Below are positions 13,701 through 26,585 of a stretch of 64,000 nt of DNA, in pieces; position 1 is the stretch's first letter, and each line of letters starts with the position of its first letter. Under the pieces are notes generated by a model. The model was not told the origin of the DNA. It was given only the letters and a program-made list of their open reading frames with translations, and searched no databases. Source of the stretch: Heterodontus francisci (Eukaryota); NCBI RefSeq assembly GCF_036365525.1, contig NW_027140861.1, positions 124,001 through 188,000 of the forward strand, in the 5' to 3' direction. The translations under genes and the position numbers were made by a program.

Positions 13701-16605
13701 CAAATAGAGGGTGATTGATAAAGGTGAGACTGAATACAGTGATACAGAGAGACACAAACAGAGAGTGATTGATAAAGGTGAGACTGAATACAGTGATACA
13801 GAGAGACACAAATAGAGGGTGATTGATAAAGGTGAGACTGAATACAGTGATACAGAGAGACACAAATAGAGGAGATTGAGAAAGGTGAGAGTGAATACAG
13901 TGATACAGAGAGACACAAATAGAGGAGATTGATAAAGGTGAGAATGAATACAGTGATACAGAGACACACAAACAGAGAGTGATTGATAAAGGTGAGACTG
14001 AATAGAGTGATACAGAGAGACACAAACAGAGAGTGATTGATAAAGGTGAGACTGAATACAGTGATACAGAGAGACACAAATAGAGGAGATTGATAAAGGT
14101 GAGAATGAATACAGTGATACAGAGAGACACAAACAGAGAGTGATTGATAAAGGTGAGAATGAATCCAGTGATACAGAGTGAGACGCACAAACAGAGGGTG
14201 ATTGATAAAGGTGAGACTGAATACAGTGATACAGTGTGAGACACAAATAGAGGGTGATTGATAAAGATGAGACTGAATACAGTGATACAGAGAGACACAA
14301 ACAGAGGAGATTGATAAAGGTGAGACTGAATGCAGTGATACAGAAAGACACAAACAGAGGAGATTGATAAAGGTGAGACTGAATACAGTGATACAGTGTG
14401 AGACACAAACAGAGAGTGATTGATAAAGGTGAGACTGAATACAGTGATACAGAGAGACACAAAAAGAGGGTGATTGATAAAGGTGAGACTGAATACAGTG
14501 ATACAGAGAGACACAAACAGAGAGTGATTGATAAAGGTGAGACTGAATACAGTGATACAGAGAGACACAAACAGAGAGTGATTGATAAAGGTGAGAATGA
14601 ATACAGTGATACAGATTTGGACGCACAAACAGAGGGTGATTGATAAAGGTGAGAATGAATAGAGTGATACAGAGAGACACAAACAGAGGGGATTGATAAA
14701 GGTGAGCTTGAATACAGTGATACAGAGAGACACAAACAGAGGGGATTGATAAAGGTGAGACTGAATACAGTGATACAGAGAGTCACAAACAGAGGAGATT
14801 GATAAAGGTGAGACTGAATACAGTGATACAGAGAGACACAAACAGAGAGTGATTGATAAAGGTGAGACTGAATACAGTGATACAGAGAGACACAAACAGA
14901 GAGTGATTGATAAAGGTGAGAATGAATACAGTGATACAGATTTGGACGCACAAACAGAGGGTGATTGATAAAGGTGAGAATGAATAGAGTGATACAGAGA
15001 GACACAAACAGAGGGGATTGATAAAGGTGAGCCTGAATACAGTGATACAGAGAGACACAAACAGAGGGGATTGATAAAGGTGAGACTGAATACAGTGATA
15101 CAGAGTGAGACACACAAACAGAGGGTGATTGATAAAGGTGAGACAGAATACAGTGATACAGAGTGAGACACAAATAGAGAGTGATTGATAAAGGTGAGAC
15201 TGAATACAGTGATACAGAGAGTCACAAACAGAGGAGATTGATAAAGGTGAGACTGAATACAGTGATACAGAGAGTCACAAACAGAGGAGATTGATAAAGG
15301 TGAGACTGAATACAGTGATACAGAGAGTCACAAACAGAGAGTGATTGATAAAGGTGAGACTGAATACAGTGATACAGAGTGAGACGCACAAACAGAGGGT
15401 GATTGATAAAGGTGAGTATGAATACAGTGATACAGAGTGAGACAAACAGAGGAGATTGATAAAGGTGAGACTGAATACAGTGTGAGACACACAAACAGAG
15501 GGTGATTGATAAAGGTGAGACAGAATACAGTGATACAGAGTGAGACACAAATAGAGAGTGATTGATAAAGGTGAGACTGAATACAGTGATACAGAGAGTC
15601 ACAAACAGAGGAAATTGATAAAAGTGAGACTGAATACAGTGATACAGAGAGTCACAAACAGAGGAGATTGATAAAGGTGAGACTGAATACAGTGATACAG
15701 AGAGACACAAACAGAGAGTGATTGATAAAGGTGAGACTGAATACAGTGATACAGAGAGACACAAACAGAGAGTGATTGATAAAGGTGAGAATGAATACAG
15801 TGATACAGATTTGGACGCACAAACAGAGGGTGATTGATAAAGGTGAGAATGAATAGAGTGATACAGAGAGACACAAACAGAGGGGATTGATAAAGGTGAG
15901 CCTGAATACAGTGATACAGAGAGACACAAACAGAGGGTGATTGATAAAGGTGAGACTGAATACAGTGATACAGAGAGTCACAAACAGAGGAGATTGATAA
16001 AGGTGAGACTGAATACAGTGATACAGAGAGTCACAAACAGAGGAGATTGATAAAGGTGAGACTGAATAGAGTGATACAGAGAGTCACAAACAGAGAGTGA
16101 TTGATAAAGGTGAGACTGAATACATTGATACAGAGTGAGACGCACAAACAGAGGGTGATTGATAAAGGTGAGTATGAATACAGTGATACAGAGTGAGACA
16201 AACAGAGGAGATTGATAAAGGTGAGACTGAATACAGTGATCCAGAGAGACACAAACAGAGGGTGATTGATAAAGGTGAGACAGAATACAGTGATACAGAG
16301 TGAGACACAAATAGAGAGTGATTGATAAAGGTGAGACTGAATACAGTGATACAGAGAGACACAAACAGAGGAGATTGATAAAGGTGAGCCTGAATACAGT
16401 GATACAGAGAGACACAAACAGAGGGGATTGATAAAGGTGAGACTGAATACAGTGATACAGAGTGAGACGCACAAACAGAGGGTGATTGATAAAGGTGAGA
16501 CTGAATACAGTGATACAGTGTGAGACACACAAACAGAGGGTGATTGATAAAGGTGAGACAGAATACAGTGATACAGAGTGAGACACAAATAGAGGAGGTT
16601 GATAA
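1752..16605 (+). repeat. 54-bp satellite array (~275 units)
   Basis: Unit GTGATTGATAAAGGTGAGACTGAATACAGTGATACAGAGAGACACAAACAGAGA; homogeneous centre, more diverged right end. Confidence 0.99.
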
Positions 16606-16854
16606 ATGTGTATATATTGTAAAGTGCAGGGACATGGAATGGGATGGGTTTATTCCAGGTGACCTTGTACAGGGTAGGAAAGGAATCTGTGCTGTTTTGT
16701 GTAGAACAAATTGAGAATGAACAGGATCAGTAAAAGGAAATGATTCCACATGAACCCAGAGTGGGACAGGCAGACACAGCCCGAATCTCACTGTATAAAA
16801 CACAAGGACAAACACGCACAACAGAGGGACAGACAGACACAACACAAATCTCAC

Positions 16855-16950
16855 TGTATAAAGTAGTGGTCCTCAGACTGGGGCTCACTGGACCGCAGGA
16901 TGTCTCTATTGCCTTTCCAGAGGGTTTGCTGCATAATCTCTGGCGTGGGA
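16855..16950 (-). CDS. Candidate 96-nt exon of an unidentified gene/pseudogene
   Basis: Strong acceptor (cccccttctgttttttctctctcag) and donor CA|gtgaga. Open in two frames; the phase-2 frame reads PTPEIMQQTLWKGNRDILRSSEPQSEDHYFI. Confidence 0.5.
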
Positions 16951-17153
16951 CTGAGAGAGAAAAAACAGAAGGGGGAGAAAGGGAATGAACAATAAAAAGG
17001 CAAGCCGCCAGCTTTTTATGAATTAACAGTGGTTTGTGTTAGAACCTCACATTTACTTTCAATGGGAGTGAAGGTGGGAGGCCAGCTTCTGCTGTGATTC
17101 TCGGGTGCATTTTATTTTGACTCGTGCAGTTAGCAAGTGTCATTATAATGCTA

Positions 17154-17292
17154 AAATAAAAGCAAAATACTGCAGATGCTGAAAATCTGAAATGAAAACA
17201 AAAATTGCTGGAAATTCTCAGCAGGTCTGGCAGCATCTGTGGAGAGAGAAGCAGAGTTAATGTTTCAGGTCAGTGACCTTTCATCAGAACAC
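17154..17292 (-). mobile_element. Short hammerhead-motif retroelement (Penelope-like derived), copy A
   Basis: Minus strand reads GTT-CTGATGA-A-AGGTC-ACT-GACCT-GAAACATT-AAC. Flanked by a 9-bp direct repeat ATAATGCTA (17145-17153, 17293-17301). Confidence 0.7.
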
Positions 17293-17750
17293 ATAATGCT
17301 ACCTGCCTGCTGAGCATTTCCACCATTTTATCTTGATATTAATCTCTTGTTGGTTTAATTCTTATAATCATGGAAATTCTGTCAGTTGGCCGAACTAAAA
17401 TCTTCCACCATATATATAAATCCCTTGCATTGTTAAATAACACTGAAACTTGGCTGGATTTGAACTGTTCTGTAAAATAATCCCAAGAATGTCACTTTCC
17501 AGTGAGTACTAGGTAATAGAATTAGAGGGAAAGGAACTCATCTGTTTAAAGGATGTTTAAAAAAAAAATGTAACCTGCTTTGAGTCTGTTAAACGTCTGA
17601 AATGGTGTGACTGCTGTTAATACTGATTTAGCCAACAGCTGTTTGTATTGGATATGAACTGATTGCGTGTGTAGACCATTAAGAAACAATATTTAATGAC
17701 ATTAAAAGCAGTTCAGTTGGCATCATTAGAATGTTAGCAGATCCGCACAG

Positions 17751-19168
17751 AATCACAGAATCGTTACAGCACAGAAGGAGGCCATTCGGCCCATCATGTC
17801 TGCACCAGCTCTCGGAGTGAGTAATTGGCTTAGTGCAGTTCCCACCCCCACCCCCGCCTTCTCTCCATAACCCTGTGCATTCTTCATTTTCAGGTAACTG
17901 ACTAATTCCCTATTGAATGGCTTGTTTGAACCTGCCTCCACCACGCTATCAGGCAGTGCATTCCAGATCCCAACCACTCGCTGTGTGGAAAGGTTTTTCC
18001 TCATGTCACCATTGCTTCCTATGTCAATTATCTTAAATCTGTGCCCTCCCGTTCTCGATCCTTTCATGAATTTCTCCTTCTCTATTCTGTCCAGATCCCT
18101 CATGATTTTGAATACCTCTATCAAAACTCCTCTCAGCTTTCTCTTCTCCAAAGAAAACAGTCCAAATTTCTCCAGTCTATCCTCGTAAATGAAGTTTCTT
18201 ATCCTTGGAACCATTCTTGTGAATCTTTTCCGGATTCTTTCCAATCCCTTCAAGTCTTTCCTTAAATGTGGCACCCAGAACTGGATACAATACTCCAGCT
18301 GAGGCCAAACTAGTGTCTTATAGAAGTTCAACATAACCTCCTTGCTCTTGTATTCTATGCACCTATTAATAAAACCTAGGATACTGCATACATTATTGAC
18401 CGCACTCTCAACCTATCCTGCCATCTTCAATGACTTATGCACATATACTCACAGGTCCCTCTGTTCCTGCACCACCCTTTAGAATTGTACCCTTTATTTT
18501 ATATTGTCTCCATGTTCTTCCTACCAAAATGAATCATTTCATATTTCTCTGCATTGAACTTCTTCTGCCACTTGTCCACCCATTCCACCAGCTTGTCTAT
18601 GTGCTTTTGAAGTTCTACACTATCCCCCTCATAGTTCACAATGTTTCCAAGTTTCGTATCATCCGCAAATTTTGAAATTGTGCCCTGTACACCAAGGTCA
18701 AAGTCATTAATATAGATTAGGAAGAGCAAAGGCCCTAACACTGACCCCTGGGGAACTCCACTACAAACCTTCCTCCAGCCCGTAAAACATCCATTAATCG
18801 CTACTCTCTGTTTCCTGTCACTCAGCCAATTTCGTATCCATGTTGCTACTGTCCCTTTTATTCCATGAGCTATGACTGAGCTCACAAGTCGGTTGTGTGG
18901 CACTGTATCAAATGTCTTTTGGATGTCCATGTACACCACATCAACGGCATTGCACTCATCAACCATCTCAGTTGCCCCTTCCAAAACTCCAGCAAGTTAG
19001 TTAAACATGATTTTCCCGAGACAGATCCATGCTGGCTTTTCTTAATTAACCCGCATCTGTCCATGTGACTATTAATTTTGTCCTGAATTATTGTTTCTAG
19101 AAGTTTCCCCACCACCAATGTTAAACTGATTGGCCTGTAGTTGCTGGGCTTATCTTTACATCCTTTAA
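17751..19168 (-). mobile_element. CR1 LINE ORF2/3' fragment
   Basis: RT motifs GVPQGSVLGPLLFLIYIND and KFADDTKL; CR1 3' tail with ATTCTGTG-like end. Confidence 0.93.
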
Positions 19169-21494
19169 CTTTGTTTTATCTAGTTATCTCATTACTGTCT
19201 ATGTGTTAATTGCATATGAATTGTGTTTAATTATATGCAGGTGGAGGGCATTAATTAGGATTTCACTTGAGCACATGTAAAGAGACACTTACTGAAACTA
19301 TGGTTGAGTTAGGAGCTGTGTCCATGTAATGTTTGACTCTGTAAATAAATGTGAGATTGACTAAAGATTGGCTCCAGTGCTTTCCTTCACCAACTGGCTT
19401 CCTGGAATATAATATGGTAGCAGAGGATAGTTGCCTAAAGGTGAAGGTAGAAAAGCAAGAAAAAAAATGAGACAGAAGACTACAATCCTAATAGCCATTG
19501 TGAGAAATTACAGAAAGTGAGTGTAAATTATCTGGGTTTGATTACCCTCCAATGTTCTCAGAGTGAGCCATATAACCAGTGGAAGCATGAAGTGGATTGG
19601 TGGACATGGGTTATGCCCCTACCAAACAGGAAACAAGGTATGGCCTTGGCATTGTCAATTCTTACAAGAAGTAAAATCAGAAGAAAAGTATTTTGTGAGC
19701 AAAGTGCTCATCAGTTGAATACTGATGAAGGTTTGGATCTTCCATTAGAGTTCTTGGATGAAATCTACAAGAAATATCATCTATTAAATACCTATGAGGC
19801 ATGGTCAGAATTTGATAGATTTCAGAAGACAGATAGTTAGTCAATGGAAGAATATACCATGGATTCTAACAGACTGCATAAAGATTGAGGAAATTCAATT
19901 TAGAGATCCCTGGTTCAGTGCTAGCATTTAAATTGCTGGATTATACTAAGGTTGCATATGGATAGGCTCCTGGTTCTAAATGGTTTTTGGTTCTCAGAGA
20001 GAATCCTGTTGGATTAGATGTCTGCTGCCTTGAAAAAAATCCAGAGGAAACAGTCATTTGCTGCAGTCTTTGTCGAACAGATGGAATATTTTGCAGTGAC
20101 ACAAAGAATAGAAAACTCAATGATTCCCAGATTTGAAATGGTCCAGATATTGGATGCAGGCATACAAAGGAAGAATTACAGACAGGTGGAATGAGCATGA
20201 AAGCTACTTACATTCAATTAATGAATAAAAAATCTGGAATTGAGAGCTAGTCTCAGTAATGGTGCTATGAAACTATCATTGATTATTGCAAAAACCCATC
20301 TGGTTCACATATGTCCTCTACAGAATGAAATCTGTCATCCTTACCTGGTCTGGCCTACATGTGACCCACATGAGATTTGGCTACTACAGCAGAAGACAGA
20401 ATTGGAATAGCAATAATAGGTGAATCCCAGGAATGCCAAGGAACAGTTAATAAGTGTTTCAGGTGTGACTCAAAGTGTTGTTATGTGATGAACTGCCCAC
20501 AGCAAAGAGGCAGGGTCCTCGAAAAGGCATTTTTTTTTTTTATTCATTCATGGGATGTGGGCATCACTGGCAAGGCCAGCATTTGTTGCCAGTCCCTAAT
20601 TGCCCTTGAACTGAATGGCTTTCGAGGCCATTTCAGAGGGCATTTTAAGAGTCAATCACATTCCTGTGCGGCACATGTAGGCTCTGCCTCTCAAGGATTG
20701 GCCTTCACAGCCATCAGCAAAGGTGCACCAAAAGAAGACACTCCACCTAAATAGATTGTTTGCTCCGTGTCCATCATGTTTGATCGATGGAGTTTCCGGC
20801 TGGAGTAAGCCACTTTATCAGTCCTGATACAATCTCCAGTGACATACCTCTGCTGCTGAATAAAGCACAAATGAAACTTGACATGGAACATAACAAGGCA
20901 GTGGATCTGGAGTTTACCCAATCAGGACATTATTGTATCCCCCTAACACAACCTAATGTTTCACATCAGAGTATAAGACAAGAATTAATGGCATCAGGTG
21001 ATAAGAATCAGAGAGGAAAACAAACAAATTGTCTTAAAGTTACATAGACAATTTACACACTCTACTTGTCAATGGTTAAAAATCCTGTTAAAAGATGCTG
21101 GTGTGGTTGATGAAGGTTCTATGAGGTTAATAGAAGAGATTAGTGAGAATTGTGAAATCTGTAAAAAGTATCGAAGGACACTGCCGCGGCCTATTGCCAA
21201 CCTTCCATTGACAAGTGACTTTAACAAGGGAGTTGTCCTGGATCTAAAGGTGTGGGACAAAGACAGAAATATTTTTATTCTACATTTTATTGACCAGACA
21301 ATTTGATTTCGTCTTTTAATAATAATTCATAGCAAGGACAAAAGGGTGATTATAGATACAATCATGGAGAAATGGATAGGGACTGGACTTGGGGCACTGA
21401 CTGATAATGGAGGGGAATTTGCCAATGATGAGTTCAGACACATATGTGAAAAGATAAACATTATGGTCATGAATTCGACTGCCGAAAGTCCTAG

Positions 21495-21800
21495 TCTAGA
21501 ACTAGGGGTCACTGTTTTAAAATAAGGGGTCACCCATTTAAGACAAAGATGAGAATTTTTTTTTCTCTCAGAGGGTTGTGAGTCTTTGGAATTCTCCTCC
21601 TCAAAAAGTGATGGAAGCAGAGTCTTTTAATATTTTTAAGGCAGAGGTAGATTGATTCTTGATAAGCAAGGGGTGAAAGGTTATTGGGGGAAGGTGGGAA
21701 TGTGGAGTTGAGCTTACAATCAGATCAGCCATGATCTTATTGAATGGCGGAGTAGGCTCAAGGAGCCAGGTGGCCTACTCCTGCTCCTAATTTGTATGTT
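21495..21800 (+). mobile_element. CR1 3' end nested in the Copia integrase
   Basis: Typical CR1 3'UTR (gatcagccatgatcttattgaatggcggag...cctactcctgctcc) splits the integrase core. Confidence 0.85.
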
Positions 21801-22533
21801 CGTATATCCTTTCAGCAATGGACTCTGTGAAAGGAATTACACGGCAATCAATGAAATGCTGCTTAAAATCCAGATGATCAAGCAAACTGCAAGTTGGCAA
21901 CTGCTCTGGCATGGGCAGTTCATGCAAAGAATCCGTGTCAGATGGTTGGGGGATATAGTCCCTCTCAATTGGTCTATGGGCGAAATCTAAAATTGCTTTC
22001 TGTGCTGTGTGATAGTCCTCCTACACGAGAAGGTACGACAGTTAGTTCCATTTTTGCTGCACACTTGACTTCTTTACATGCAGGGAGACGGGCTTTCATC
22101 AAGACTGAGTTCTCTGAGAAAATTTGAAGAGCTGTGAGGCATCAAATAAGGCCATTTTAAACAGAATTTAATTCAGGAGGTTTGGTGTATTATAAAAGAG
22201 AGGGTCATAGGAAATGGAAATGCCCTGGTAATGTAATAGATCATGATGGGAAGACACTACTTATCAAACATTTCAATCAAACTGTTAAGCTTCATTCTTC
22301 ATGATTAGTCAGAGTTGATTACAAAATCTCAGAATCTGAGCAGCTGATAGAAGGAAACAAGGCACCTTGTACCTCAAATGCTCATGTGTTTTGTGAGAAG
22401 GTCCTGAGGAACAAAATACAGTGATCAAGGGCGGATACTGGTAACATGAGTGATCATGAAACACAGGACAGAGCTATTACATCCAAAGACCAATTGTCCA
22501 CAGTGGGTCCATGAGTGATGTATATTCCAGAGG

Positions 22534-22628
22534 TTCTGAAGAAAGGTCACTGACCTGAAACGTTAACTCTACTTCTCTCTCCACAGATGCTGCCAGACCT
22601 GCTGAGTATTTCCAGTGTTTCTCATGTT
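22534..22628 (+). mobile_element. Short hammerhead-motif retroelement, copy B
   Basis: GTT-CTGAAGA-A-AGGTC-ACT-GACCT-GAAACGTT-AAC; 13-bp TSD TATATTCCAGAGG at 22521-22533 and 22629-22641. Confidence 0.75.
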
Positions 22629-22979
22629 TATATTCCAGAGGGGTCTGGAAAATGAAGGGATGTGACAATTGGGGGGCATGCAGGAAAAGCTACGGCCAAG
22701 TTTAAATATTGGTTGAATGTTCAGGATGGTGGTCAAGAAGTGAGGTCCATGGACTGGCAGAATTGGGTGAATGAATGGAGAGTAAGAAAGCGCAGTGCAA
22801 GTTCTAAATGGGTTCAAAGGTGACTCTAGTCAGAAAACAGTCATATACCAGAGAAGGAGCATGCTATAGTGTGAGATAGAGATCTCACAGCAATAGTCCC
22901 AAAAAACATCAACGTGCAAGTACAAGCTATATCTTGAATAGATTACACAATGAAATGAGGGCTACAGAACAGTCTTGAG

Positions 22980-25740
22980 CAGAACCAGAAGCAGAAAAAG
23001 GAATGAAACCAGACGGACCACCCGGCATCGACCTCGGCACCAGAAACGACAACGGCAAACCCAACCCTGTCGACCCTGCAAAGTCCTCCTTACTAACATC
23101 TGGGGGCATGTGCCAAAGTTGGGAGAGCTGTCCCACAAACTAGTCAAGCAACTGCCTGGCATAGTCATACTCACGGAATCATACCTTACAGACAATGTCC
23201 CAGACACTGCAATCACTATCCCTGGGTATGTCCTGTCCCACTTCAGGACAGACCCATCAGAGGTGGTGGCACAGTGGTATACAGTTGGGAGGGAGTTGCC
23301 CTGGGAGTCCTCAACATTGAATCCGGACCCCATGAAGTCTCATGGCATCAGGTCAAACATGGGCAAGGTAACCTCCAACTGATTACCACCTACCGCCCTC
23401 CCTCAGCTGATGACTCAGTACTACACCATGTTGAACACCACTTGGAGGAATCACTGAGGGTGGCAAGGGCACAGAATGTACTCTGGGTGGGGGACTTCAA
23501 TGTCCATCACCAAGCGTGGCTCGGTAGCCCCACTACTGACCGAGCTGGCCGAGTCCTAAAGGACATAGCTGCTAGACTGGGTCTGTGGCAGGTGGTGGGG
23601 GAACCAACACAAGGGAAAAACCTACTTGACCTCGTCCTCACCAATCTGCCTGCTGCAAATGCTTCTGTCCATGACTGTATTGGTAGGAGTGACCACCACA
23701 CAGTCCTTGTGGAGATGAGGTCCCGCCTTCACATTGAGGATACTGTCCATCGTGTTGTGTGGCACGATCACCGTGCTAAATGGGATAGATTTTGAACAGA
23801 TCTAGCAATGCAAAACTGGGCATCCATGAGGCGCAGTGGGTCATCATCAGCAGCAGAATTGTGATCAACCACAATCTGTAACTTCATGGCCCGGCATATC
23901 CCCCACTCTACCATGACCATCAAGCCAGAAGACCAACCCTGGTTCAATGAAGAGTGCAGGAGGGCATGCCAGGAGCAGCACCAGGCATACCTCAAAATGA
24001 GGTGTCAACCTGGTGAAGCTACAACACAGGACTATCTGCGTGCCAAACTGTGTAAGCAGCATGCGATAGACAGAGCTAAGTGATCCCATAACCAACGGAT
24101 CAGATCTAAGCTCTGCAGTCCTGCTACATCCAGCTGTGAATGGTGGTGGACAATTAAACAACTAACTGGAGGAGGTGGCTCTTAAATATCCCCATCCTCA
24201 ATGTTGGGGGAGCCCAGCACATCAGTGCGAAAGATAAGGCTGAAGCATTTGCAACAATCTTCAGCCAGAAGTGCCGATGATCCATCTCGGCCTCCTCCTG
24301 AAGTCCCCAGCATTACAGATGCCTGATTTCAGCCAATTCGATTCACTCCGCGTGATATCAAGAAACGACTGAAGACACTGGATACTGCAAAGGCTATGGG
24401 CCCTGATAAAATTCCGGCAATAGTACTGAAGATCTGTGCTCCAGAACTTGCCGCGCGCCCTAGCCAAGCTGTTCCAGTACAGCTACAACACTGGCATCTA
24501 CCCTGCAATGTGGAAAATTGCCCAGGTATGTCCTGTACGCAAAAAGCAGGACAAATCCAACCCGGCCAATTACTGCCCCATCAGCCTACTCTCTATCATC
24601 AGTAATGTGATGGAAGGGGTCATCAACAGTGCCATCAAGCGGCACTTGCTAAGCAATAACCTGCCCAGTGACGCTCAATTTGGGTTGCGCCAGGGCCACT
24701 CAGCTCCTGACCTCATTAGAGCCTTGGTTCAAACATGGACAAAAGAGCTGAACTCAAAAGGTGAGGTGAGAGTGACTGCACTTGACATCAAGGCAGCATT
24801 TGACCGAGTATGGCATCAAGGAGCCCTAGCAAAACTGACGTCAATGGGAATCAGGGGGAAAACTCTCCGCTGGCTGGAGTAATACCTAGCGCAAAGGAAG
24901 ATGGTTGTGGTTGTTGGAGGTCAATCATCTGAGCTCCAGGACATCACTGCTGGAGTTCCTCAGGGTAGTGTCCTAGGCCCAACCATCTTTAGCTGCTTCA
25001 TCAATGATCTTCCTTCAATCATAAGGTCAGAAGTGGGGATGTTCGCTGATGATTACACAATGTTCAGCACCATTTGTGACTCCTCAGATACTGAAGCAGT
25101 CCGTGTAGAAATGCAGCAAGACCTGGACAATATCCAGGCTTGGGCTGATAAGTGGCAAGTAACATTCGCGAGTAACTCTCCTCCTGACTCCCCAAAGCCT
25201 GTCCACCATCTACAAGGCACAAGTCAGGAGTATGATGGAATACTCTCCACTTGTCTGGATGGGTGCAGCTCCAACAACACTGAAGAAGCTCGACACCATC
25301 CAGGACAAAGCAGCCCGCTTGATTGGCACCCCATCTACAAACATTCACTCCCTCCACCACAGACGCACAGTGGCAGCAGTGTGTACATTCTAGAAGATGC
25401 ACTGCAGCAATGCACCAAGGCTCCTTAGACAGCACCTTCCAAACCCGCGACCTCTACCACCTAGAAGGACAAGGGCAGCAAATACATAGGAACATCACCA
25501 CCTGCAAGTTCGCGTCCAAGTCACACACCATCCTGACTTGGAACTATATCGCCGTTCCTTCACTATCGCTGGGCCAAAATCCTGGAACTCGCTTCCTTTC
25601 AGTGGGTGTACCTACCCCACATGGACTGCAGCGGTTGAAGAAGGCAGCTCATCACCACCTTCTCAAGGGCAATTAGGGATGGGCAATAAATGCTGGCCTG
25701 GCCAGCGTCGCCCACATCCCATGAATGAATAAAAAAAAAG
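22980..25740 (+). mobile_element. APE-RT non-LTR retrotransposon (CR1/L2-related), near full ORF2, decayed
   Basis: Endonuclease motifs (VILTESYL, GDFNVHH, SDHH) and RT motifs (LDIKAAFDRVWH, GVPQGSVLGP, FADD); 3' tail ATGAATGAATAAAAAAA. Confidence 0.92.
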
Positions 25741-26585
25741 AAACCCTCATGACCATCAAGTGTTAGTGGCTGCCAATAAACTTTAGGATAAACTAATGAG
25801 AGGCAAAACAAAAGGAGTTCGAGAGTTGGAGAGAGTTTGGTGGTTATTCTGAGCTATCAGATAGGGGACAGCCAGCCTTGTGACATAAATGGATTTGTGC
25901 TGAAAAAGTGTTGCGGATGTGACTTATAAGGCTAAAGTGAGGCTTGTTGCTGGGTTTCTTTAAGAGGGACTGGGCAATACAGATGATGGAGTGGACTCTG
26001 CCACAGCTGGAAAAGTAATCTTAAACATCTGTTTCGAGCTCTTTTGGCCACATAGTCATTGGAGGGTCGGTCAATTGACATAAAAGCTGTATTTCTGCTG
26101 GGTATCACTTTTCAGCATGAAATGTTTCTGAAACTGACTAGAGGCAGCAGATACAGAAGGAAAACTATGGAAACTAAACAAATGCATCAATGGCCTGAAT
26201 GATGCTTCCAGGGTGTGGTATCTTTCAGTGAGATCTGTTTTGCTGAAAATAGCTTCTGTTCAACTAAAAGTAGATCCGCAATGTTTTATTTGTATCCTAA
26301 AGGAACACTTTCAGGAATCTTCATGATACGTGTTAATGATTTCTTATGGGGTGGTATTGGAGAATTTGAGAAATGTGTTCTTTCTCAGATTAGATTAGAA
26401 TTTAAAATTGGGAGTCAGACCAGTGGGACTTTTAAATATATTGGTTTAGATATGAAGCAAAGTAGATCTGAAGTAACTTTAATCACAATCCTAATAGAGA
26501 GGTGTTACTCCCATCCTGGTTAATTGGTCATCAGAGAAAGATGATGTTATATCTGAAGAAGAGACAGAACAATTTCAAAGCTGAT

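Noticed and set aside
1752-16605. CRISPR-like array
   Set aside because: There are no unique spacers, the context is eukaryotic, and it is a head-to-tail satellite.
1589-16854. Giant minus-strand ORFs of 850-2028 aa (Cys/Leu/Ser-rich)
   Set aside because: The 54-bp unit happens to lack stops in all three minus frames. The ORFs overlap in every frame and swap frame at indels, so they are satellite artefacts.
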